Shown here in pieces: positions 57,403 to 64,000 of a stretch of DNA of 64,000 bases. The stretch spans positions 2,737 through 66,736 of the forward strand of contig CANGFV010000001.1 of NCBI GenBank assembly GCA_947453225.1, in the 5' to 3' direction. Positions within the stretch are counted from its first letter, which is position 1. Each line of letters opens with the position of its first letter. Origin of the DNA: Pseudomonadota bacterium (GTDB lineage: Bacteria > Pseudomonadota > Gammaproteobacteria > Steroidobacterales > Steroidobacteraceae). The position numbers were made by a program, and so were the translations under genes. A model generated the notes under the pieces. The model worked only from the letters and a program-made list of their open reading frames with translations. It searched no databases and had not been told where the DNA came from.

Positions 57403-58752
57403 ATGGTTGTCAGCCCAGAATCAATAACCAATGTTGCAACTACCGACGCGAGTAAAAACTCGGTTGAGAGTATGCGCCCACTGAGTCCCGCTGAGCGGGA
57501 ATGGAAGGAAAATGTTTATCAAAAATTATTGAAAGCAGTCGACCTGACCATGCTATCTAAGGCGCAAAGTCGTGACGCATATAAGCGTGTGCAAGAGGTT
57601 TGTGAAGGATTTCTAGCTGAGCAGCGCGTGCCGTTGAGCGTTGTATCGAGGCAACGTGTTATCAATAGTATTGCAGATGAAGTGCTAGGGCTAGGGCCGC
57701 TAGAACCGCTCATGGCCGACAGAGAAATTACTGATATTTTGGTTAACGGGGCTAATAATGTCTATGTTGAGCGGTTTGGTAAATTAGAGCGCACTCAAAT
57801 CATATTCAATAATGAAGCGCATTTAATGAACATTATTGATCGAATTGTTACCGGAGTCGGTCGGCGTATTGATGAGTCGTCACCGATGGTCGATGCACGC
57901 TTGAAAGATGGTTCGCGAGTCAATGCCATTATTCCACCATTAGCTATTGATGGTGCGGCTTTGTCGATCCGCCGTTTTGACCCTGAACGCTTGGGTATTG
58001 CTGACTTGGTCAAGTCAGGCACCCTGAGTGAAGACCTGGTTAAGGTATTGGAGGCAATGGTTAGAGCGCGTCTAAATATTGTGGTTTCCGGTGGTACGGG
58101 TTCAGGAAAAACCACATTACTGAATTTGATGTCTGGCTTTATTCCGGTTAGTGAGCGGATTGTGACCGTTGAAGATTCAGCAGAGTTGCAATTACAGCAG
58201 CCTCATGTGGTTCGTTTAGAAACCCGTCCCCCGAATATTGAAGGTCATGGAATGGTCACCCAGCGTGATTTGGTTCGAAATAGTTTGCGAATGCGTCCCG
58301 ACCGTATCGTGCTTGGTGAAGTCCGGGGAGGTGAAGCGCTGGATATGTTGCAAGCGATGAACACTGGTCACGATGGGTCGTTAACAACAATTCATGCTAA
58401 TAGTCCTCGGGATGCCTTAGTGCGTATCGAAAACTTGGTCTCTATGAGTGGTGTTTCTTTCCCGATTTCTGCATTGCGTCGGCAAATCACTGCGGCAGTT
58501 AATGTGCTGATTCATATCGAACGCATGCTCGATGGTCATCGCCGAGTGGTCAGTTTGGTCGAAGTCAATGACATGGAAGGGGAAATGATTACCTTATCTG
58601 AAATATTCTCTTTTGATCGACGAGGCGTGGATACTTCAGGAAGGGTCATAGGTGCATTAATTCCAACAGGGATTGTTCCAAATTTTATGAAGCGCTTATC
58701 AGAACGAGGTGTGGAGTTGCCGCTTCGGGTATTCCAACAAGATAAACATTGA
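57403..58752 (+). CDS. cpaF: Tad secretion ATPase CpaF/TadA
   Basis: EITDILVNG; Walker [10 protein letters not shown]; [10 protein letters not shown]; Walker B/His box ([36 protein letters not shown]). ATG 57403 was chosen, just after the tadZ stop. Confidence 0.95.
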   Translation: MVVSPESITNVATTDASKNSVESMRPLSPAEREWKENVYQKLLKAVDLTMLSKAQSRDAYKRVQEVCEGFLAEQRVPLSVVSRQRVINSIADEVLGLGPLEPLMADREITDILVNGANNVYVERFGKLERTQIIFNNEAHLMNIIDRIVTGVGRRIDESSPMVDARLKDGSRVNAIIPPLAIDGAALSIRRFDPERLGIADLVKSGTLSEDLVKVLEAMVRARLNIVVSGGTGSGKTTLLNLMSGFIPVSERIVTVEDSAELQLQQPHVVRLETRPPNIEGHGMVTQRDLVRNSLRMRPDRIVLGEVRGGEALDMLQAMNTGHDGSLTTIHANSPRDALVRIENLVSMSGVSFPISALRRQITAAVNVLIHIERMLDGHRRVVSLVEVNDMEGEMITLSEIFSFDRRGVDTSGRVIGALIPTGIVPNFMKRLSERGVELPLRVFQQDKH

Positions 58753-58764
58753 TTGGTGCAGTGA

Positions 58765-59745
58765 ATGAATATCAATTCTGGTGTTTTGACATTTATTATT
58801 CTGGTATTCCTTGCCGGATTCTTACTCTCGCAAGGGTCGGTCATACCAGTATTAAAAAACTACAGTAAATTCCGTAAGCGCGTTCGACTGCGCCTGCAGA
58901 CCCTTGCTAAGTCCGCGGAGGGTGTGGGCGGTGACTCAATTATTCGTCAGAAGTATTTGCACGCACTATCTCCTATTGAGCGTCAGTTGGAAGCGCTGCC
59001 TGGAATGGAGAGGCTGAGTCATCTCATTCAGCAAGCCGGTAAAAAGTATGCAGCATATCAAGTGATACTGTTTTCTTTGGGAGTTTGTCTCTGCGTTGGG
59101 GTGTTGTCTTGGATGATATTACGGACTTGGCAATTAGCTGTATTAGGTATGCTGATATCACTACTGGCGCCACTCTACTACATACACCATGAGTGCATGA
59201 AGCGTTTTGCAAGATTCGAGGAGCAGTTGCCGGAAGCGATTGATTTAATGCAGCGTGCGCTCAAAGCCGGACATCCGTTTACTCAGACGCTTAAATTGGT
59301 GTCTGAAAGTATGGATGAGCCGATTGCAACTGAGTTCGCTACTACTTTCTCTGATATTAGTTATGGTGGAGATGTGCGTAGAGCTATGCTGGGGTTGTTG
59401 GATCGTATGCCTAGTGTTTCCGTAATGATGCTCACCACTGCTGTGTCCCTGCAGCGGGATACCGGTGGTGATTTGGCTGAATCTCTGGGGCAAATCAGTG
59501 CAGTGATTCGCAATCGATTTAAGTTTAATAGAAAAGTAAAAACATTGTCTGCAGAGGGACGCCTTTCGGGTTACATCTTGGTGCTGATGCCGGTGGCGTT
59601 GTTTGTTTTTATGTGGCTGTTTTCTCGTGAGTATATTGGTCGATTATTAAATCATCCTAAGGGAATGGTACTGATTCAGTCTGCTGTTGCTCTAGCTATC
59701 TTAGGGATTATATGGATTAAGCGGTTAATTCGTATCGAGGCTTGA
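58765..59745 (+). CDS. tadB: Tad inner-membrane platform protein TadB
   Basis: T2SS-F-like domain (LPEAIDLMQRALKAGHPFTQTL) flanked by TM helices. Confidence 0.85.
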   Translation: MNINSGVLTFIILVFLAGFLLSQGSVIPVLKNYSKFRKRVRLRLQTLAKSAEGVGGDSIIRQKYLHALSPIERQLEALPGMERLSHLIQQAGKKYAAYQVILFSLGVCLCVGVLSWMILRTWQLAVLGMLISLLAPLYYIHHECMKRFARFEEQLPEAIDLMQRALKAGHPFTQTLKLVSESMDEPIATEFATTFSDISYGGDVRRAMLGLLDRMPSVSVMMLTTAVSLQRDTGGDLAESLGQISAVIRNRFKFNRKVKTLSAEGRLSGYILVLMPVALFVFMWLFSREYIGRLLNHPKGMVLIQSAVALAILGIIWIKRLIRIEA

Positions 59746-59751
59746 CTGACT

Positions 59752-60708
59752 ATGAATACCTTTACGCAGTTATTTTCTTCTTGGGGTCCAGATATCTGGT
59801 CTAGTGATCTGCTGTTTATCCTCTTAGCGATGGTCTCGGTTTTCATTTTTGCTATGGGTTTTTTGTTGATACTCTCCGGTATTAACGTTCAGTTACGTCG
59901 CCGCATTGCAGCGGTTACGGGCGATCCAATGACAGTGTTGCCCGCCTTTGAACACATGTCTAGATTGATGCGATTCCTATCAGTATTCCTGATGCCTAGA
60001 CGTACCGCAGCTAAAGATCATGTGCGTAAGCAATTGCTTTATGCGGGGTTTAATTCCGTCAATATGGTCAGTATTTATTTCGGGGCTAAATTATTCTTAT
60101 TTTTACTGTTCTTCTTCGCGGCAGGGGTATTGCTACCCATCTTGTTTGTGCTTTCTAAGCTACAGATTCTTTTGTTGGCGTGTCTATCTGGTTATATAGG
60201 GGCTTTGCTACTCAGCATTTGGTTGGATTGGCGGGTGAATGTTAGGCAGAAAAAACTACGGTTTGCGTTGCCAGATGCACTGGACTTATTAGTGGTCTGT
60301 GTCGAATCCGGTTTGGGGATTGCACCAGCAATTCAAAGGGTCGCTGAGGAGATTGATATTAGTCATCCTGAGCTGGCCGCTGAATTGGAGACTGTTAATG
60401 CAGAAATGCGTGCTGGTCTTGATCGTGGTATGGCGCTGGCATCATTGGGTACGCGGACGGGTCTCGCGGAGATTCGAGGATTTACCAGTTTGCTAGCGCA
60501 AACAATGCAATTTGGTGGAAGTATTGGCGCCACATTGCGGGTGTATTCAGCTGACTTTCGCGATCGCCGACTGCAGGCTGCTGAAGAGCAGGCAGCCAAA
60601 GTTTCTACCAAAATGATCTTTCCACTAGTGCTGTGTATCTTCCCGTCGTTTTTTCTGGTGGCGATCGGGCCAGCAGTGATTGCGCTAATGGATGCTTTCT
60701 CCAAGTAG
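59752..60708 (+). CDS. tadC: Tad inner-membrane platform protein TadC
   Basis: Second T2SS-F-like protein (LPDALDLLVVCVESGLGIAPAIQRVAEE). C-terminal TM helices. Confidence 0.85.
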   Translation: MNTFTQLFSSWGPDIWSSDLLFILLAMVSVFIFAMGFLLILSGINVQLRRRIAAVTGDPMTVLPAFEHMSRLMRFLSVFLMPRRTAAKDHVRKQLLYAGFNSVNMVSIYFGAKLFLFLLFFFAAGVLLPILFVLSKLQILLLACLSGYIGALLLSIWLDWRVNVRQKKLRFALPDALDLLVVCVESGLGIAPAIQRVAEEIDISHPELAAELETVNAEMRAGLDRGMALASLGTRTGLAEIRGFTSLLAQTMQFGGSIGATLRVYSADFRDRRLQAAEEQAAKVSTKMIFPLVLCIFPSFFLVAIGPAVIALMDAFSK

Positions 60709-60722
60709 AGAAAGTGCTTTAG

Positions 60723-61631
60723 TTACAAAGGCAATGCAGCTTCATAAAGAATCACTGCATCACCGGTAATGCGCACTGACTGTGTGACTGAACCTGTGCA
60801 AGTAACATTTACTCGTACGCTACCTGGACGGCCTACGGATTCACCTTGATGCCCTGTGAAGCTGAGCTCTCCCTTTTCGATGGGCACGATATTGTGTGCA
60901 ACTAAATAAGCACCAAGCATGCCATGTGCATTACCACTGACCGGATCTTCGGGAATACCAATCGCGGGGCAGAACATGCGAGACACGGTGGTGAGTTGAC
61001 CGTGCTGATCAGGTTCATTTAGTGCGAAGACAAAATAGCCTTCAGCACCAATGTGTGGCGTGAGGCGTGCCAGTTCGTTCATGTCTGGTTTGATTGAGGC
61101 CAGTAGCTCTGGTGAACGTAGACCAATGAGAAGTCGTGAGCCACCCTTGGTTAAAATTTGCAGTGGGCAATCGTGATGGAGGTTGGGGCTGGAAATACCC
61201 AGCGCGTCGAGTACTTGGATGCGATGATTTTCAGATAGGGCGGGCCCAAGTGAAGCGGGGCTAATGTTCATGCTGATGCGAAAATCACCATCAACTTCAG
61301 CAATATCAACCGCTGCAATACCGCCGCTACTGTACTGTCGCACAGTACCCTTGGTGCGTAGGCCGCATTTAGCAAGTACATAGTGCGTTGCAAGGGTGAC
61401 GTGTCCTACGAATGCCACTTCGTGTTCAGGCGTAAAAAATCTTACTTGTAAGTCGTGATCCTTGCCTTCCGGTGAGAGCACAAATGCCGTTTCACCATTG
61501 AGTTCCGTGGCGATGGTTTGCATTTGTTCATCGCTGAGTTCATCAGCATCAAGTACAACACGGGCAGGGTTACCGCAAAAGAGTTGACGAGTGAAGGTAT
61601 CAACGTGGAACAGACGGCAGTGCTTAGGCAT
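60723..61631 (-). CDS. PhzF-family (phenazine-biosynthesis-like) isomerase/epimerase-fold protein
   Basis: LFHVDTFTRQLFCGNPARVV N-terminus with the ETAFV motif, and a second-half DAP-epimerase-like repeat (MFCPAIGIPEDPVSGNAHG). ATG 61631 is preceded by GGAG. Confidence 0.85.
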   Translation of the reverse strand: MPKHCRLFHVDTFTRQLFCGNPARVVLDADELSDEQMQTIATELNGETAFVLSPEGKDHDLQVRFFTPEHEVAFVGHVTLATHYVLAKCGLRTKGTVRQYSSGGIAAVDIAEVDGDFRISMNISPASLGPALSENHRIQVLDALGISSPNLHHDCPLQILTKGGSRLLIGLRSPELLASIKPDMNELARLTPHIGAEGYFVFALNEPDQHGQLTTVSRMFCPAIGIPEDPVSGNAHGMLGAYLVAHNIVPIEKGELSFTGHQGESVGRPGSVRVNVTCTGSVTQSVRITGDAVILYEAALPL

Positions 61632-61749
61632 GGAAGCTCCAAAAAAAATAAACAGGCAGATCAAAAGTGCCTGTGGAGGTGCCTTTTATCGCTGAATCAT
61701 GGGCTGCCGTCAATCCGTGTTGGCATGTGGGTGGAATATCACTACAATT

Positions 61750-61865
61750 GCTCTCGCCTAAGGGGTGGTCTGATTGACCTGAGATGCCGAATCGCAGTGT
61801 AAATGCTGCATATCGGTAAACCCTTTGAACCTGATCCGGTTAGTACCGGCGTAGGAAGTAGGTCA
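61750..61865 (+). promoter_or_regulatory. TPP (THI-box) riboswitch
   Basis: AGGGGTGG...CCTGAGA...(variable P3 hairpin CCGAATCGCAG/CTGCATATCGG)...AAACCCTTTGAACCTGATCCGGTTAGTACCGGCGTAGGAAG reproduces the conserved THI-element core (GGGGUG, CUGAGA, ACCCUUUGAACCUGAUCYGGNUARUACCRGCGUAGGRA). It lies about 85 nt upstream of the receptor ATG. Confidence 0.85.
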
Positions 61866-61945
61866 AAAACAGAGCAGAGTCCTGCCTGATTTCCTCTCAG
61901 CCTAAGCTTGATACCGGGTCTTCGTTTTAACTAATGAGGATCTGT

Positions 61946-64000
61946 ATGCGTTTATCTGTCTTTAAACCGATTGCCTGTGCCAGTTTTCTGGTACTGCCTA
62001 TCATCACCCATGCAGCCGAAGAAACCCTGCTTGAAGAAGTAGTCGTCACGGCCACGTTGCGTCCTCAGTCACTACAGGACGTGCCCAGTAGCGTTACGGT
62101 GTTGGATTCACAAACCCTTAAAGATGCCGGCCAGCAGCACCTCCAAGATGTGCTGGGATTGGTGCCGAATTTGAATTGGTCTGCAGGTACATCTAGACCA
62201 CGGTATTTTCAGATAAGAGGTATTGGTGAATTAGATCAGTATCAAGGCGCACCAAACCCGTCGGTAGGCTTTTTGATTGATGACATAGATTTCAGTGGCT
62301 TGGGCGGTTTAGCTACATTGATTGACGTTGATCAGATTGAAGTGTTACGCGGACCACAGGGTACAGCTTATGGGGCAAATGCTTTGGGTGGTCTTATTAA
62401 GATTAAGACACGCGAACCAGCGCCAGTTTATGAGCTTTCAACAGAAGTCGGTACCGCAACTTACGGGACGAGTAGTTTAGGGCTTGTTGCTGGTGGTCCT
62501 GTGTCAATTGGTGGATCGGAAAGCGCTTTTCGCTTGGTTGCACAAAAGTACCGTAGTGACGGATTTATAAAGAATAACTTTCTCGGTAAGGACGATACCA
62601 ATGGTTTTGATGAAACTACATTGCGTGGTAAGGCCAGATTAGACATTGGAGATGAACTTAAATTAGATATTTCTGGCCTATATGTGAATCAAGATAATGG
62701 TTATGACGCATGGGCGATTGATAATTCACGCATAACAAGATCTGACAACTCTGGGCGTGATGCTCAGTGTTCAAAGGCAATTGATGCTCATGCCACATAC
62801 AAGGGCTGGGCGGGATTGAATCTCGAAAGTATTACAACTTATGCGGATACAAACCAGGTTTATAACTTCGATGCAGATTGGGGGAACGATCAGTTCTGGT
62901 TGTCCCCGCCTTATTCTACTGCTTATAACTATTTTTCTGATTTTCTACGTGAAAGAATCACCCGAAGCCAGGAATTTCGGTTTACATCTAAGAATGAAGC
63001 CAAGAAGAAAGGCGATTTAGCTTGGGTGAGTGGCTTGTATGTTATGAACTCGAGTGAGAACTATAAGGACAGCGAGTTCTCCGGATCGCCCATACCATAT
63101 GTTGTAGATAGCGCATACTCTGCTACTAATACTGCAATATACGGTCAAGTTGATTATAAGTTTAGCGATAGATCAGTTGTTTCTTTTGGTGTGCGCGATG
63201 AATATCGCGCCACTGATTATTCGGATACCGAGGGAACTGCATTTTCTCCTGATGAGAATTTGGTGGGCGGAAATATCTCAATAGAGCATGATTTGAGTGA
63301 CGAACATAATCTCTATGCGACTATCTCTCGTGGATATAAGGCTGGTGGAGTAAATATCGGCCAAGGCATTGAAGATAATTTAAGAAGTTTCTCTAAGGAA
63401 ACACTATGGGGAGCAGAGGTTGGTGATCGTGGTTGGTGGCTTTCAAAAAAGCTTTCAACTGATGTCTCCTTATTCTACATGAAGCGTATTGGTGAGCAGG
63501 TGGTTAGTAGTTTGCAAGATTCTCCAACTAATCCGGCAAGGTACGTGTTTATTACTGATAATGCTAATCATGGGATCAATTATGGAGTTGAAGCTGACAT
63601 CAATTATGAAGCTAAGAATAATCTAGATTTTTTCAGCACAGTTTCACTGCTTCAAACTCACATTTATGGTTACCAGCGCCCTAGAACAACTGAAGTTGTT
63701 GACGGGCGAGAGCAGGCTCATTCGCCTAAATACCAGTTTTCTGTTGGTGCGGATTGGCATTCTCCATCAGGTTTGATGGCTCGAATTGATGTTACTGGAA
63801 AAGGAAGTTTCTATTTTGATACCAGCCATGACCAAATTTCATCTTCATATCAGTTGCTTAATGCCAAAGTGGGTTATGAGTCGGATAAATACGCTTTTTA
63901 TTTATGGGGTAAGAATTTACTTGATAAAAACTATGCTATTCGCGGGTTTTGCTTTGGCAATGAGCCACCAGATTGGTCTCCTAAGTTGTATCTGCAAAAA
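61946..64000 (+). CDS. TonB-dependent outer-membrane receptor; 3' end truncated by the window edge
   Basis: Not in the ORF track because no stop is reached. ATG 61946 follows RBS GAGGA. Signal peptide ends ...ITHAAEE. TonB box/plug: EEVVVTATLRPQSLQDVPSSVTVLDSQTLKD, RGIGE, IEVLRGPQGTAYGANALGGLIKIKT. I did not check every codon, but spot checks of this frame found no stop through base 64000. Confidence 0.9.
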   Translation, partial: MRLSVFKPIACASFLVLPIITHAAEETLLEEVVVTATLRPQSLQDVPSSVTVLDSQTLKDAGQQHLQDVLGLVPNLNWSAGTSRPRYFQIRGIGELDQYQGAPNPSVGFLIDDIDFSGLGGLATLIDVDQIEVLRGPQGTAYGANALGGLIKIKTREPAPVYELSTEVGTATYGTSSLGLVAGGPVSIGGSESAFRLVAQKYRSDGFIKNNFLGKDDTNGFDETTLRGKARLDIGDELKLDISGLYVNQDNGYDAWAIDNSRITRSDNSGRDAQCSKAIDAHATYKGWAGLNLESITTYADTNQVYNFDADWGNDQFWLSPPYSTAYNYFSDFLRERITRSQEFRFTSKNEAKKKGDLAWVSGLYVMNSSENYKDSEFSGSPIPYVVDSAYSATNTAIYGQVDYKFSDRSVVSFGVRDEYRATDYSDTEGTAFSPDENLVGGNISIEHDLSDEHNLYATISRGYKAGGVNIGQGIEDNLRSFSKETLWGAEVGDRGWWLSKKLSTDVSLFYMKRIGEQVVSSLQDSPTNPARYVFITDNANHGINYGVEADINYEAKNNLDFFSTVSLLQTHIYGYQRPRTTEVVDGREQAHSPKYQFSVGADWHSPSGLMARIDVTGKGSFYFDTSHDQISSSYQLLNAKVGYESDKYAFYLWGKNLLDKNYAIRGFCFGNEPPDWSPKLYLQK

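Noticed and set aside
1-64000. Window-wide search for CRISPR arrays, tRNA/rRNA genes, toxin-antitoxin pairs and recognisable anti-phage defence genes.
   Set aside because: I noticed no regularly spaced direct repeats, no tRNA-like T-arm/acceptor motifs outside coding regions, and no nuclease, helicase or methylase defence-type ORFs. Intergenic space is short, except for the regions discussed above.

Overview
The window looks like a 64 kb proteobacterial chromosomal segment. The housekeeping gene order is beta-proteobacterium-like: rne divergent from rluC, then maf-yceD-rpmF-plsX-fabH. I found no rRNA, tRNA, CRISPR array, transposase or integrase.

Layout:
1. ~1-28.5 kb: a large exopolysaccharide locus of the exosortase-A (XrtA)/PEP-CTERM-associated type.
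   - It holds three asparagine-synthase-family amidotransferases, several GT4 and GT2 glycosyltransferases, a NodB-type deacetylase and a WbsX-like protein, plus a Wzx flippase, an O-antigen-ligase/Wzy-like membrane protein and WecB.
   - It also holds the bioinformatically known but biochemically uncharacterised cassette of ACP, hydrolase 2, hydrolase 1, FemAB-like GNAT, AMP-ligase and PLP-decarboxylase.
   - No exosortase or PEP-CTERM substrate lies inside the window.
   - The cassette is split by a visibly AT-rich block (~12.9-19.4 kb). That block carries two Tat-signal secreted proteins with a shared N-terminal motif, a TPR-like protein and a GT4.
2. 28.6-37.6 kb: rne with a long leader, rluC, maf, yceD, rpmF, plsX and fabH, then an LdtA/B/C-like L,D-transpeptidase convergent with an OprI/Lpp-like lipoprotein ending in Lys.
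3. 37.7-44.9 kb: the type IVa minor-pilin operon fimT-pilV-pilW-pilX-pilY1-pilE.
4. 45.1-49.8 kb: lexA (SOS-box-like sites in the intergenic shared with fimT), a pseudo-receiver class III nucleotidyl cyclase, tex and a small Cys-rich ORF.
5. 50.1-60.7 kb: a Tad/Flp pilus locus. Its 55-aa flp pilin gene is absent from the ORF track.
6. 60.7-64.0 kb: phzF-family gene, then a clear TPP (THI-box) riboswitch in front of a 3'-truncated TonB-dependent receptor.

The most interesting candidates are the split carrier-protein cassette with non-canonical hydrolase nucleophile positions, and the AT-rich insert with the paired Tat-exported proteins.

All family assignments rest on motif recognition by eye. 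No database search was run.
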